Below the pieces are notes generated by a model. The model was not told where the DNA came from. It ran no database searches and worked only from the letters and a program-made list of their open reading frames with translations. From an uncultured Hydrogenophaga sp. (GTDB lineage Bacteria; Pseudomonadota; Gammaproteobacteria; Burkholderiales; Burkholderiaceae_C), in contig NZ_CAXXQI010000004.1 of the NCBI RefSeq assembly GCF_958439165.2, positions 14,135-78,134 of the forward strand: 64,000 nt of DNA. The letters are read 5' to 3'. This document shows, one piece after another, positions 1 through 11,977 of the stretch (the first letter of the stretch is position 1; every line of letters starts with the position of its first letter). A program made the position numbers and the translations under genes.

Positions 1-248
1 TCCCTCTGGACGTGGTGGTCGAATTCAAACGCGGCGTCTACGAGATGGCGCTCACCGAACTGGCCCGCTACCTCCCCCGCAACGACCAACGCAACCGTTT
101 CCTTCGCGGCAACCGCCGGGTTCATGAAGACCACGGTGCGCACTCGGCTGGTGTGCAGCCCCCGGTCGGACTTGAACTGCCACCGGGCGCCAGCTTCGAC
201 CCGGACCCCCAATCGCCTGGACACCCGTCCCCCGGCCGGACCTCATGA
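1..248 (+). CDS. rppH: RNA pyrophosphohydrolase RppH, 3' part (truncated by window edge)
   Basis: Frame reads [24 protein letters not shown], the typical RppH C-terminal segment; usual neighbour of proB/obg in Burkholderiales. Confidence 0.85.
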   Translation, partial: PLDVVVEFKRGVYEMALTELARYLPRNDQRNRFLRGNRRVHEDHGAHSAGVQPPVGLELPPGASFDPDPQSPGHPSPGRTS

Positions 249-778
249 CCACACCTCGCATCCGCTCCCTCCATCGCTTGTGTCTGCTGGCCGTTCTGGC
301 GTTGCCGACGCATGCGGCACTGGCACAGCCGCGCGCTGACGAGGAAGAAAAGCCCTGGGAAGAGGCGCAGTGGGCTCCGCCGGCGAGCTTTCAGCTGGAC
401 AAGGTCCGCACCTTCCGGCTGGAGCAAACCACCACCATGGAGTTCGGTATAGAACCGTCGACACTGCAGGTGGGCGCCGATGGTGTCATCCGTTACGTGT
501 TCGTCGCTCGCAGCGCCAGCGGCGCGCTGAATGTCCTGTACGAGGGCGTTCGATGCCAGACCGCCGAAACCCGCATTTACGCGCGCTGGGATCCGGCCTC
601 GGGCTGGCGCCAGTCCACCGGCAACAGCGATGCCAGCTGGCAACCCTTGAACTTCCGCGGGAGCACTCGTCGCCAGATGTTCATGGCGCGGGCCGGCCTG
701 TGCGACGGACCGACTCCGAACAATCCTCCGGCACGCATGCTGGACGAGCTGGTGCGCGGCAAGCCCGAACTGCGCTGA
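245..778 (+). CDS. CNP1-like family exported protein
   Basis: Signal peptide; [24 protein letters not shown] motif; 4-bp overlap with rppH stop. Confidence 0.8.
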   Translation: MTTPRIRSLHRLCLLAVLALPTHAALAQPRADEEEKPWEEAQWAPPASFQLDKVRTFRLEQTTTMEFGIEPSTLQVGADGVIRYVFVARSASGALNVLYEGVRCQTAETRIYARWDPASGWRQSTGNSDASWQPLNFRGSTRRQMFMARAGLCDGPTPNNPPARMLDELVRGKPELR

Positions 779-809
779 TCGGCAGCACCGGCCTGCGGAT
801 GCCGATCAG
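775..809. terminator. Hairpin between convergent CNP1-like and proB genes
   Basis: CTGATCGGCA (775-784) / TGCCGATCAG (800-809) perfect inverted repeat covering both stop codons; no U-tract. Confidence 0.45.
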
Positions 810-1954
810 GCCCGGGAGAGCACCAGGTTGTCGCGGTGGATCATCTCGGGCTCGGCGGCGTAGCCCAGCAGGCGTTCGAAATCGGCCGACGCCTTGCGGC
901 ACAGCAAACGTGCTTCGGTACTGGCGTAGTTGGCCAGCCCACGGGCCACTTCTACTCCGCGCTGATCGCGTACCGCGATGACGTCGCCCCGGGAAAAATC
1001 CCCTTCCACGGCGGTCATGCCGATGGGCAGCAGGCTCTTGCCTTCACCCACGATCTTCTCCACCGCACCCTCGTCGACCACCACGGCTCCCCGCAGCTGC
1101 AGGTGGTCGGACATCCAGCGCTTGCGGGCCTGGTGCTTGGCGGTCTGGGCCACCAGGCAGGTACCGATGGCCTCACCGCCGGCCAGCCGCATCAGGACAT
1201 CGGGCTCACGGCCCCAGGCAATTACGGTGGAGGCACCGGAGCCGGCAGCCCTCTTGGCGGCCAGGATCTTGGTGATCATGCCGCCCTTGCCGATACCGCT
1301 GCCCGCACCACCCGCCATGGTCTCCAGGGCCGGATCGCCAGCCCGCGCCACATGCACGAACTCGGCTGCTGGGTCCCGGCGGGGATCCGCGGTGTAGAGG
1401 CCTTTCTGATCGGTCAGGATGATCAGTGCATCGGCCTCGACCAGGTTGGCCACCAGCGCCCCCAAGGTGTCGTTGTCGCCGAACTTGATCTCGTCGTTGA
1501 CCACCGTGTCGTTCTCGTTGATCACCGGCACCACCTGCAACTGCAGGAGGGTGAGCAAGGTTGAACGGGCATTCAGGTACCGCTCGCGATCGGCCAGATC
1601 GGCATGGGTCAGCAGAACCTGCGCACTGCCGACACCACAGGCACGCAGCTGGGTCTCGTACATCTGCACGAGTCCCATCTGGCCGACAGCCGCAGCGGCC
1701 TGCAGTTCGTTGATTTCCTTCGGACGGGTGCTCCAGCCCAGGCGCTTCATGCCTTCGGCCACTGCACCGCTGCTCACCATGATCAACTCCCGGCCTTCCT
1801 GGACCAGGGTGGCGAGTTGCCGGCTCCACTGACTGATGGCGACTTCGTCCAGCCCTCGACCTTCGTTGGTCACCAGACTGGAGCCGACCTTGACGACGAT
1901 GCGGCGCGCATGGCGCAGCACCGAGGGGTTGTGTTCGAGGGCAGGTTCGGTCAT
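806..1954 (-). CDS. proB: Glutamate 5-kinase
   Basis: VVKVGSS, INENDTV, FGDND, GGMITK motifs and C-terminal PUA domain. Confidence 0.97.
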   Translation of the reverse strand: MTEPALEHNPSVLRHARRIVVKVGSSLVTNEGRGLDEVAISQWSRQLATLVQEGRELIMVSSGAVAEGMKRLGWSTRPKEINELQAAAAVGQMGLVQMYETQLRACGVGSAQVLLTHADLADRERYLNARSTLLTLLQLQVVPVINENDTVVNDEIKFGDNDTLGALVANLVEADALIILTDQKGLYTADPRRDPAAEFVHVARAGDPALETMAGGAGSGIGKGGMITKILAAKRAAGSGASTVIAWGREPDVLMRLAGGEAIGTCLVAQTAKHQARKRWMSDHLQLRGAVVVDEGAVEKIVGEGKSLLPIGMTAVEGDFSRGDVIAVRDQRGVEVARGLANYASTEARLLCRKASADFERLLGYAAEPEMIHRDNLVLSRA

Positions 1955-1963
1955 CGGGAGCTG

Positions 1964-3034
1964 TCAGGCGCCTGGGGCACCGCTCTGGAATCGGGGATCG
2001 ACAGCCACGGGCTGTGCAGCCTGATGGACATGTGCGATGTGCTCGTACACCTTCTGCACCAGGCGTTCGGTGCCTTCCCGGGTGAGCGCTGAAATCTCGA
2101 ACACGGGACCCTTGTAACGCAGCCGCCGAACGATGTCCTTGACCAGCGCTTCCCGCTGCTCGGCGGGGACCATGTCCAGCTTGTTGAGCACCAGCCAGCG
2201 CGGCTTGGCGTGCAGTTCGGGGTCGAACTTCTTGAGCTCGGCGACGATGGCCTTTGCCTGAGCGACCGGGTCCACCGCCTCATCGAAGGGCGCAGCGTCG
2301 ACGAGGTGCAGGAGCAGGCGGGTGCGCTGCAGGTGCCGCAGGAACTGATGTCCCAGGCCGGCCCCCTCGGAAGCCCCTTCGATCAGGCCCGGCACATCGG
2401 CCACCACGAAACTCTTCTCGGGCCCCACACGGACCACACCCAGGTTCGGGTAGAGGGTGGTGAAGGGGTAGTCGGCAATCTTGGGGCGGGCATTCGATAT
2501 GGCAGCGATCAACGTCGACTTGCCCGCATTGGGCATGCCGAGAAGACCCACATCCGCCAGCACCTTGAGCTCGAGCCGCAGCGAACGTCGCTCGCCCGGC
2601 CAGCCGGGCGTCTTCTGGCGAGGAGCCCGGTTTGTCGAGCTCTTGTAGTGCATGTTGCCGAACCCCCCGTCGCCCCCTTTGGCGAGCAGGACCAGCTCTC
2701 CCGGGTTTAGCAGCTCATGCAGGACATCGCCGGTCTCGTCATCGGCAACGATCGTGCCGACCGGCATCTTGAGGATGATGTCGTCGCCCTTGACCCCGAA
2801 CATGTCGGAACCTTTGCCGTGCTCCCCACGCTGCGCCTCGAAGCGGCGGGTGTAGCGGAAATCGACCAGCGTGTTCAGACTGGCATCGACCAGCGCATAG
2901 ACGTGACCGCCTCGCCCGCCGTCGCCGCCGTCAGGACCGCCGAATTCCTTGTACTTTTCGTGCCGGAACGACGCGCAGCCGTTGCCGCCATCGCCTGCAG
3001 CGACATCGATCGTGGCTTCGTCCACAAACTTCAT
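1964..3034 (-). CDS. obgE: GTPase ObgE/CgtA
   Basis: MKFVDEA start, Gly-rich Obg fold, [22 protein letters not shown]. Confidence 0.97.
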   Translation of the reverse strand: MKFVDEATIDVAAGDGGNGCASFRHEKYKEFGGPDGGDGGRGGHVYALVDASLNTLVDFRYTRRFEAQRGEHGKGSDMFGVKGDDIILKMPVGTIVADDETGDVLHELLNPGELVLLAKGGDGGFGNMHYKSSTNRAPRQKTPGWPGERRSLRLELKVLADVGLLGMPNAGKSTLIAAISNARPKIADYPFTTLYPNLGVVRVGPEKSFVVADVPGLIEGASEGAGLGHQFLRHLQRTRLLLHLVDAAPFDEAVDPVAQAKAIVAELKKFDPELHAKPRWLVLNKLDMVPAEQREALVKDIVRRLRYKGPVFEISALTREGTERLVQKVYEHIAHVHQAAQPVAVDPRFQSGAPGA

Positions 3035-3067
3035 GGCAGATTCCTGTCGAGAAGCCGGCACCCCAAC

Positions 3068-3093
3068 AAAAAGGCCCGCACGCGCGGGCCTTT
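3068..3093 (-). terminator. Intrinsic terminator after rpmA
   Basis: AAAGGCCCGC/GCGGGCCTTT stem with T-run on the minus strand. Confidence 0.7.
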
Positions 3094-3111
3094 GCTGGAA
3101 ACGCCGGCGGA

Positions 3112-3369
3112 TTAAACCGGCGTCACGCTCACCGTGTGGCGGTTCAGAGCGCCCTTGGTGGCGAACTGAACGTGGCCATCAACCGTGGCGAAGATGGTGT
3201 GGTCCTTGCCCACGCCGACATTGGTGCCGGGGTGAAACTTGGTGCCGCGCTGGCGCACGATGATGGAACCGGCCGAAACCAGCTCGCCACCGAAGGCCTT
3301 GACGCCGAGCATCTTGGGCTTCGAATCGCGCCCGTTTCGCGTTGAGCCGCCGCCTTTTTTCTGTGCCAT
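3112..3369 (-). CDS. rpmA: 50S ribosomal protein L27
   Basis: [24 protein letters not shown]. Confidence 0.98.
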   Translation of the reverse strand: MAQKKGGGSTRNGRDSKPKMLGVKAFGGELVSAGSIIVRQRGTKFHPGTNVGVGKDHTIFATVDGHVQFATKGALNRHTVSVTPV

Positions 3370-3381
3370 GTTGCTCTCTCC

Positions 3382-3693
3382 TTAGGCAGAGATCGAAGCG
3401 ATCTCGAGCTCGGTGAAATTCTGACGGTGTCCCTGGCGCTTCTGGTAGTGCTTGCGACGGCGCATCTTGAAGATGCGGACCTTGTCGTGACGACCGTGGG
3501 AAACCACTTTGACCGTGACCGTTGCGCCGGAAACCAAGGGAGTGCCCACCTTGATCTCGCTGCCGTTGCCGACTGCCAGAACCTGGTCAAACACGATCTC
3601 TTGGCCCACTTCCGCAGCAATCTGTTCTACTTTAATTTTTTCGCCGGCAGCAACGCGATACTGCTTGCCACCGGTTTTTATGACCGCGTACAT
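3382..3693 (-). CDS. rplU: 50S ribosomal protein L21
   Basis: [12 protein letters not shown]...GHRQ; GAGG SD before ATG at 3693. Confidence 0.98.
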   Translation of the reverse strand: MYAVIKTGGKQYRVAAGEKIKVEQIAAEVGQEIVFDQVLAVGNGSEIKVGTPLVSGATVTVKVVSHGRHDKVRIFKMRRRKHYQKRQGHRQNFTELEIASISA

Positions 3694-3787
3694 ATGAACC
3701 TCTTGAATCAGCCCTCGGGAGGATCTGCCGTCCAGGACGCGACCACCTTCGGGAACCATCGGCAGACCCAATTCCGCCGAACCCAGG

Positions 3788-3816
3788 ATTGTACTGCGTG
3801 GTTTTACCGCGGGCAA
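3788..3816 (-). promoter_or_regulatory. Sigma70 promoter of rplU-rpmA
   Basis: TTGCCC-17 bp-TACAAT on minus strand. Confidence 0.65.
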
Positions 3817-3917
3817 GTCGAGACCCTGCCGCAGGGGTCCGACACCCCCCAGTTCCTATAATTTCAGGCGTCGCAGGCACACGCCCTCGACCCTTCACCC
3901 ACGCCCGCGTCCGCATC

Positions 3918-4901
3918 TTGACCACCCCGACCTCCCCACCCCCCTCCCCGCTGGCCCTCATCCAGACCGACATGGAACAGGTCGATCGGGTGATTTCCGA
4001 CCGGCTGACCTCGGATGTGCCGCTGGTCAAGGAGGTGGCGCAATACATCATCTCGGCCGGCGGGAAGCGGCTGCGACCCGCCTTGTTGTTGCTGGTCAGC
4101 GGAGCCATCGGCAGCACCCACCACCACAGGCACACGCTGGCAGCGGTGGTCGAGTTCATCCATACCGCTACCCTGCTGCACGATGACGTGGTCGACGAAT
4201 CGACAATGCGACGCGGACGGGCAACCGCCAACCACCACTTCGGCAATGCGGCCAGCGTGCTGGTCGGCGATTTCCTCTACTCGCGCGCTTTCCAGATGAT
4301 GGTGGACGTCGACAACATGCGCGTCATGCAAGTCCTCTCGGAGGCTACCAACGTGATCGCCGAAGGCGAGGTGCTGCAGCTGATGAACATGCACGATGCC
4401 TCGATCGACGAGGCCACCTACCTGCGGGTCATCCGTTCCAAGACGGCCAAACTGTTCGAAGCCAGCGCGCGGCTGGCTCCCATACTGGCCGGGGCACCTC
4501 AGGACCTCGAAGTGGCGTGTGCCACGTACGGCCAGGCATTGGGCACGGCATTCCAGGTCATCGACGATGTCCTGGACTACGAGGGCGATCCCGCCGAGCT
4601 TGGCAAGAATCTGGGCGACGATCTGCGCGAGGGCAAGGTGACCCTGCCGGTGATCTGCGCCCTGCAGATGGGCTCGACCGCCGAGAAAGACCTCATCCGC
4701 CAATCGATCGAGACCGGCAACACCGACGGCCTGGACGACATCGTCGGAATCATTCGCCGCACAGGAGCCCTGGATCGGGCCCGCCAAGGCGCCATGTCCG
4801 AGGCACGCAGAGCAATCGATGCGGCTGGAACACTGCCGTCCAATGAACACACTTCAGCTTTGCTACAATTGGCGGCTGGACTGTTGGAGCGCCGCTCCTG
4901 A
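3918..4901 (+). CDS. ispB: Octaprenyl/polyprenyl diphosphate synthase
   Basis: GGKRLRP, LLHDDVVD, FQVIDDVLD motifs; start approximate (TTG 3918); TATAAT at 3857-3862. Confidence 0.93.
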   Translation: MTTPTSPPPSPLALIQTDMEQVDRVISDRLTSDVPLVKEVAQYIISAGGKRLRPALLLLVSGAIGSTHHHRHTLAAVVEFIHTATLLHDDVVDESTMRRGRATANHHFGNAASVLVGDFLYSRAFQMMVDVDNMRVMQVLSEATNVIAEGEVLQLMNMHDASIDEATYLRVIRSKTAKLFEASARLAPILAGAPQDLEVACATYGQALGTAFQVIDDVLDYEGDPAELGKNLGDDLREGKVTLPVICALQMGSTAEKDLIRQSIETGNTDGLDDIVGIIRRTGALDRARQGAMSEARRAIDAAGTLPSNEHTSALLQLAAGLLERRS

Positions 4902-4959
4902 CCAGTCCGTCAGAACCCTTGGTCATCCAGGGGTTCATGTGTCCGATCAAGGGCACCAT

Positions 4960-5036
4960 CGGGGTGTAGCTTAGCCTGGTAGAGCGCTACGTTCGGGACG
5001 TAGAGGCCGGAGGTTCGAATCCTCTCACCCCGACCA
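4960..5036 (+). tRNA. tRNA-Pro (CGG)
   Basis: CGGGGTG acceptor stem, anticodon arm CTACG-TTCGGGA-CGTAG, GGTTCGAATCC T-loop, encoded CCA. Confidence 0.97.
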
Positions 5037-5195
5037 GATTTCTGATTCATGAACCTGACGGCAGGTGCCCTGAGAGCACACCAGCCGAGACCGTTCAAAG
5101 TCCTTTGCGCCACTTCGGTCGCATCCGTCGTCTTTTTGCCCACAAATCACCTCAGAGTGTGCGGGCAAGTCGTTGATTTACGTTAGATTACGCGG

Positions 5196-6926
<1,731 letters not shown>

Positions 6927-6966
6927 CACGCTCGTCGACGATCACGACATCAGCAGAGAGGCATCC

Positions 6967-8184
6967 ATGGCAACCGCGGCATCCAAGAACGTCAAGGACT
7001 TCGTCTTCGAATGGGAAGGCAAGGACCGCAACGGGCGGCCCATGCGGGGCGAGCTCCGGGCTGTGGGCGAGAACCAGGTGCTGGCCACGCTGCGTCGCCA
7101 GGGCATCATCCCGGGCAAGGTGAAGAAGCGGCGGATGAGCTCGGGCAAACGGATCAAGCCCAAGGACATCGCGATCTTCACCCGCCAGCTGGCCACCATG
7201 ATGAAGGCCGGCGTTCCGTTGCTGCAGGCCTTCGACATCGTCGGCCGGGGCAATGCGAACCCGAGCGTCACCAAGCTGCTCAACGAGATCCGGTCCGATG
7301 TCGAGACGGGTACGTCGCTCAGCGCGGCTTTCCGCAAACACCCGCTCTACTTCGACAACCTCTACTGCAACCTGATCGAGGCCGGCGAAGCTGCCGGTAT
7401 CCTGGAAGAGCTGCTCGACCGCCTGGCCGAGTACATGGAAAAGACCGAGGCGATCAAGTCCAAGATCAAGTCGGCGCTGATGTACCCCACCGCCGTGATC
7501 ATCGTGGCATTCGTGGTGGTCGCCGTGATCATGATCTTCGTGATCCCCTCCTTCAAGCAGGTGTTCACCTCCTTCGGTGCCGATCTGCCGGCTCCCACGC
7601 TGTTCGTGATCGGCATGAGTGAATTCTTCGTGCAGTGGTGGTGGCTGATCTTCGGCGGCATCGGCGGCGGCTTCTATTTCTTCTTCCAGGCATGGCGCCG
7701 CAATGAGAAGGTGCAGCAGTTCATGGACCGGATGCTGCTGAAGATGCCCATCTTCGGCGATCTGGTCGAAAAGTCGGTGATCGCCCGCTGGACACGCACC
7801 CTGGCGACCATGTTTGCCGCCGGTGTGCCGCTGGTGGAGGCGCTGGACTCGGTGGGCGGGGCTTCGGGCAACTCGGTGTATGCCATCGCCACCGAAAGGA
7901 TCCAGCAGGAAGTCTCGACCGGCACCAGCCTCACGGTGGCCATGTCGAATGCCAACATCTTCCCGTCGATGGTGCTCCAGATGTGCGCCATCGGCGAGGA
8001 ATCCGGCTCCATCGACCACATGCTGGGCAAGGCAGCGGACTTCTATGAAGCCGAGGTGGACGACATGGTGGCCGGTCTGTCCAGCCTGATGGAGCCGATC
8101 ATCATCGTGGTGCTGGGCACCATCATCGGCGGCATCGTGGTGTCGATGTATCTCCCGATCTTCAAGCTGGGCCAGGTGGTCTGA
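6967..8184 (+). CDS. pilC: Type IV pilus platform protein PilC (T2SS F family)
   Basis: FTRQLATMMKAGVP, two GspF domains, MYLPIF end. Confidence 0.96.
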   Translation: MATAASKNVKDFVFEWEGKDRNGRPMRGELRAVGENQVLATLRRQGIIPGKVKKRRMSSGKRIKPKDIAIFTRQLATMMKAGVPLLQAFDIVGRGNANPSVTKLLNEIRSDVETGTSLSAAFRKHPLYFDNLYCNLIEAGEAAGILEELLDRLAEYMEKTEAIKSKIKSALMYPTAVIIVAFVVVAVIMIFVIPSFKQVFTSFGADLPAPTLFVIGMSEFFVQWWWLIFGGIGGGFYFFFQAWRRNEKVQQFMDRMLLKMPIFGDLVEKSVIARWTRTLATMFAAGVPLVEALDSVGGASGNSVYAIATERIQQEVSTGTSLTVAMSNANIFPSMVLQMCAIGEESGSIDHMLGKAADFYEAEVDDMVAGLSSLMEPIIIVVLGTIIGGIVVSMYLPIFKLGQVV

Positions 8185-9035
8185 TGCCGGTGGATGCGAC
8201 GCTGGCCCCCGCGCTGCTGGGGCTGTTGGGGTTGCTCGTGGGCAGCTTCCTCAACGTGGTGATCCACAGGCTCCCCCGGATGATGGAGCGGCAGTGGGCC
8301 CGGGACTGCGCCGACATGCAATCAGACAACGGGGCCGCGGAAGCCCCGGTCGAGCGTTACAACCTCATGGTGCCGCGATCGGCCTGCCCGCATTGCGGTC
8401 ACACCATCCGGTGGTTCGAAAACATCCCTGTGGTGAGCTACGCCTTCCTGAGGGGCCGGTGCAGCGCCTGCAGGGCACCGATCAGCGCACGCTACCCGGG
8501 CGTCGAGCTTTTCACCGGCTTGCTGTTTGCCTGGTGTGGGTGGCAGTGGGGGGTCACCGTGCAGGCGTTTCTGTGGTGTGGCTTCGCTGCAGCCATCGTG
8601 GCGCTGGCGGCCATCGATTGGGACACCACCTTGCTGCCGGACGACATCACGCTTCCCTTGCTCTGGGCCGGTTTGCTGGCGTCGGCGCTCGCCTGGACCG
8701 GCGTGCCGCTGAGCGATGCAGTGTGGGGAGCCGTGGGCGGCTATCTGTCACTCTGGCTGGTGTACTGGGCCTTCAAGCTGTTGACGGGCAAGGAAGGCAT
8801 GGGCTACGGAGACTTCAAGCTGTTTGCCGCACTGGGTGCGTGGTTCGGCTGGCAGGCACTGGTACCCATCATCCTGATGTCGTCGGTCATCGGCGCGGTG
8901 GTGGGGATCGGCATCAAGTTGATCGGTCAGCTGCGCGAAGGGGGCTATGTGCCGTTCGGTCCCTTCCTGGCACTGGCCGGGCTGACCGCCATGGTCTTCG
9001 GGCCGGGTGCCATCCTGGCTGTCTTCGGACTGTGA
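8184..9035 (+). CDS. pilD: Prepilin peptidase/N-methyltransferase
   Basis: GSFLNVVIHRLP, CPHC..CSAC, GMGYGDFKL, PFGPFL. Confidence 0.97.
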   Translation: MPVDATLAPALLGLLGLLVGSFLNVVIHRLPRMMERQWARDCADMQSDNGAAEAPVERYNLMVPRSACPHCGHTIRWFENIPVVSYAFLRGRCSACRAPISARYPGVELFTGLLFAWCGWQWGVTVQAFLWCGFAAAIVALAAIDWDTTLLPDDITLPLLWAGLLASALAWTGVPLSDAVWGAVGGYLSLWLVYWAFKLLTGKEGMGYGDFKLFAALGAWFGWQALVPIILMSSVIGAVVGIGIKLIGQLREGGYVPFGPFLALAGLTAMVFGPGAILAVFGL

Positions 9036-9039
9036 CACG

Positions 9040-9630
9040 ATGGTCCGGCTGGGCCTCACCGGCGGCATCGGCAGCGGCAAGAGCACGCTGGCAGCGCTGC
9101 TCGCCCGCCGAGGCGCCTGCCTGATCGACGCCGATGCCATCTCCCGGGCTGCCACGGGAGTCGGGGGATCGGCGCTGCCCGCGATACAGGACCGATTCGG
9201 CGCCGACATGATCGGCCCCGACGGAGCACTGTCCCGGGACCGCATGCGCGCCCTGGTGTTTTCCGATCCAGATGCCCGGCAGGCGCTCGAGCAGATCGTG
9301 CATCCTCTCGTGGCCAGCGAGATAGCGCGGCAGGCGGCGGCGAGCCGATCGGCCTGCACGGTGTTCGACATACCGCTGCTGGCCGAATCACCGCGCTGGC
9401 CGGCACGCCTGGACAGGGTCCTGGTGGTCGACTGCAGCGAGCTCACCCAGGTGCGTCGGGTACAGGCCCGCAACGGCTGGACCGAGGAGGCCGTTTCCCT
9501 GGTGATCCGCCAACAGGCCACGAGGGCGCAACGCCGTGCAGTGGCGGATCTGGTGGTCCTCAACGATGTCGATGACATCGACCTGCTGGGCCATGCGGCC
9601 GACATGGTGGCGGGCCGGTTCGGGCTATGA
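9040..9630 (+). CDS. coaE: Dephospho-CoA kinase
   Basis: GLTGGIGSGKST, IDAD, LEQIVHP. Confidence 0.95.
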   Translation: MVRLGLTGGIGSGKSTLAALLARRGACLIDADAISRAATGVGGSALPAIQDRFGADMIGPDGALSRDRMRALVFSDPDARQALEQIVHPLVASEIARQAAASRSACTVFDIPLLAESPRWPARLDRVLVVDCSELTQVRRVQARNGWTEEAVSLVIRQQATRAQRRAVADLVVLNDVDDIDLLGHAADMVAGRFGL

Positions 9631-9672
9631 TGAACCCCGTAGGGCATCAACCTCCCCCACGCCGGCGCACCT

Positions 9673-10428
9673 GTGATCCTGTACGAATACCCCTTCAATG
9701 AACGCATCCGGACCTATCTGCGACTGGAACAGCTGTTCCGGCGCCTGTCCGAGCTGATCCCGCGCCAACACCCGCTGGATCATCACTTCGCGATCCAGAC
9801 CATCTTCGAGGTGATGGACGTGGCGTCGCGGGCCGACATGAAATCCGACGTGCTGAAGGATCTTGAACGCCACAAGCAGGTGTTCAACGGCTACAGGGGC
9901 AACCCGGCCATCTCGGAGGCGGCACTGGATGCCGTGATCGGTCAGATCGACAGCTGCTTCGGGCGCCTCAGCCAGCTCTCGGGCAAGACCGGGCAGGCGC
10001 TGACCGAAAACGATTGGCTCATGGGTATCCGCAGCCGTATCGGCATTCCGGGCGGTACCTGTGAATTCGATCTGCCCTCTTATTACCACTGGCAGCACCT
10101 TGAACCGGCACGCCGGCAGGCCGACCTGGGTGTCTGGACACAGGCGCTGGCTCCGCTGGCCGAGTCAATCGGCTTGCTGCTGAAGCTGCTGCGCGATTCG
10201 GGTGGCTCGCAGAAGGTGGTCGCACCGGCCGGCCAGTTTCAACAGAACCTGCCCCAGGGCAGGACTTTCCAGCTGCTTCGGCTCAGCATCGACCCGGCGT
10301 CCAGCCTGGTGCCGGAGATCAGCGGCAACCGCCTGATGTTCTCGGTAAGGCTGATGCGCGTCGGCGACGATGGCCGACTGCATCCGGCCGGCGAGGATGC
10401 CAGCTTCGAACTCGCCCTCTGCGCATGA
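9673..10428 (+). CDS. zapD: Cell division protein ZapD
   Basis: YEYPFNERIRTYLRLE, GGTCEFDLP; coaE-zapD-yacG synteny. Confidence 0.95.
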   Translation: MILYEYPFNERIRTYLRLEQLFRRLSELIPRQHPLDHHFAIQTIFEVMDVASRADMKSDVLKDLERHKQVFNGYRGNPAISEAALDAVIGQIDSCFGRLSQLSGKTGQALTENDWLMGIRSRIGIPGGTCEFDLPSYYHWQHLEPARRQADLGVWTQALAPLAESIGLLLKLLRDSGGSQKVVAPAGQFQQNLPQGRTFQLLRLSIDPASSLVPEISGNRLMFSVRLMRVGDDGRLHPAGEDASFELALCA

Positions 10429-10643
10429 CAAGATCGGATGCCCTGCCCGCGTTGGGAGAGCGACGGGTTCGCTGTCCCGCCTGTGGTGGAGACAGCCTTT
10501 ATTCAGCCGCCAATCCGTTCCGCCCCTTCTGCACCGAGCGATGCCGGCAGATGGATCTGGGCGCCTGGGCCAGCGAACAGTTTGCCCTGCCCGGCACTGG
10601 CGAAGCCGACGGACCGGAAGGGCCTGCTTCCAGCGGCACCTGA
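10425..10643 (+). CDS. yacG: DNA gyrase inhibitor YacG
   Basis: CPAC...RPFCTERC..DLGAWA zinc motif. Confidence 0.93.
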   Translation: MTRSDALPALGERRVRCPACGGDSLYSAANPFRPFCTERCRQMDLGAWASEQFALPGTGEADGPEGPASSGT

Positions 10644-11090
10644 TCAGCCGCGCTCCTGCTCCAGCCAGCCCAGCACCGGCACCGTTCCCGGCAGCACTGG
10701 AGCGCTTTGCACCGGCAGCTGCTCCCACCGGTACTCCTGCCCTTCGTGCATGGTGAGCTCACCGGCCCAATCGAACACCTTGCAGAAGTGCAGCCGCACC
10801 AGCGCGTGCGGATAGTCGACCATCTGCTCGCGCCACGCATGAGCGACGCCGATGGTGACCCCGATTTCCTCCTGCAGCTCCCGGCGAAGCGCCTGCTCGA
10901 CGGTTTCACCGGTCTCCAGCTTGCCACCAGGAAATTCCCAGTAGCCGGCATACACCTTGCCCGGAGGGCGCGAGGTGAGCAGGAAGCGGCCATCGGGATC
11001 CATCAGCACCCCCACCGCCACATCGACCACGGGGCGATCGACCGGTCGGCCCGGCTGACCGTCCACCACCAGCACGTTGGGCGGACGCAT
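10644..11090 (-). CDS. mutT: NUDIX hydrolase, MutT-like
   Basis: WEFPGGKLE.GE...ALRRELQEEIG Nudix box. Confidence 0.85.
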   Translation of the reverse strand: MRPPNVLVVDGQPGRPVDRPVVDVAVGVLMDPDGRFLLTSRPPGKVYAGYWEFPGGKLETGETVEQALRRELQEEIGVTIGVAHAWREQMVDYPHALVRLHFCKVFDWAGELTMHEGQEYRWEQLPVQSAPVLPGTVPVLGWLEQERG

Positions 11091-11968
11091 CAGGCCTTCG
11101 CACCGTGCGAGCCGGCATAGTCGCGGGCAAACTGGTAGGCCACGCGGCCGCTGCGCGAGCCCCGCTCCAGCGCCCAGACCAGCGCCTGCGGTCTGGCGGC
11201 CTCGATGGCATCGGGCGTCACACCGAAGGACGCCAGCCACTGACCGACGATGACCAGGTATTCCTCCTGGCTGAATGGATAAAAGCTGACCCACAGACCG
11301 AAGCGCTCGGACAACGAGATCTTCTCTTCCACCGCTTCACCCGGATGCACCTCGCCATCGTCGGTGTGGGTGTAACCCAGGTTGTCCTTCATGTACTCCG
11401 GCAGCAGGTGGCGACGGTTGCTGGTGGCGTAGATGAGCACATTGGGGCTGGCCGCCGACACCGATCCGTCGAGGATGGACTTCAGCGCCTTGTAGCCGGC
11501 CTCCCCGTCCTCGAAGCTGAGGTCGTCGCAGTAGATGATGAATTTTTCGGGCCGAGCAGCCACCACGTCGACGATGTCGGGCAGATCGGTCAGATCGGCC
11601 TTGTCGACCTCGATCAGCCGCAGCCCCTCGCCGGACAGGGCATGCAGGCAGGCCTTCACCAGCGACGACTTGCCGGTGCCCCGAGCGCCGGTCAGCAGCA
11701 CATTGTTCGCCGGCAGGCCCTGCACGAAGTGACGTGAGTTCTGCAGGATCTTGTCTTTCTGCCCGTCGATTTCCTGCAGATCTTCCAGCCGGATCTGGGC
11801 CACCTGGCGCACCGGCTCCAGAGAGCCGTGGCCGCTGCTGCGCTTGCGGTAACGGAACGCCACGGAGGCGGCCCAGTCGGGCTCCCCCAGAGGCTGGGGC
11901 AGGATCGACTCGATCCGGGCCATGAGCTGCTCGGCCCGCTCCAGCAGGCGTTCAAAGGAAGCGTTCAT
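11090..11968 (-). CDS. DUF815-family AAA+ ATP-binding protein
   Basis: GARGTGKSS, YCDDLSF, YATSNRRHL, SLSERFG, GSRSGRVA. Confidence 0.88.
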   Translation of the reverse strand: MNASFERLLERAEQLMARIESILPQPLGEPDWAASVAFRYRKRSSGHGSLEPVRQVAQIRLEDLQEIDGQKDKILQNSRHFVQGLPANNVLLTGARGTGKSSLVKACLHALSGEGLRLIEVDKADLTDLPDIVDVVAARPEKFIIYCDDLSFEDGEAGYKALKSILDGSVSAASPNVLIYATSNRRHLLPEYMKDNLGYTHTDDGEVHPGEAVEEKISLSERFGLWVSFYPFSQEEYLVIVGQWLASFGVTPDAIEAARPQALVWALERGSRSGRVAYQFARDYAGSHGAKA

Positions 11969-11977
11969 CGGCGGGGC

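Noticed and set aside
4960-5195. tRNA-Pro as an integration site
   Set aside because: No integrase or duplicated tRNA 3' end seen; pilB follows directly
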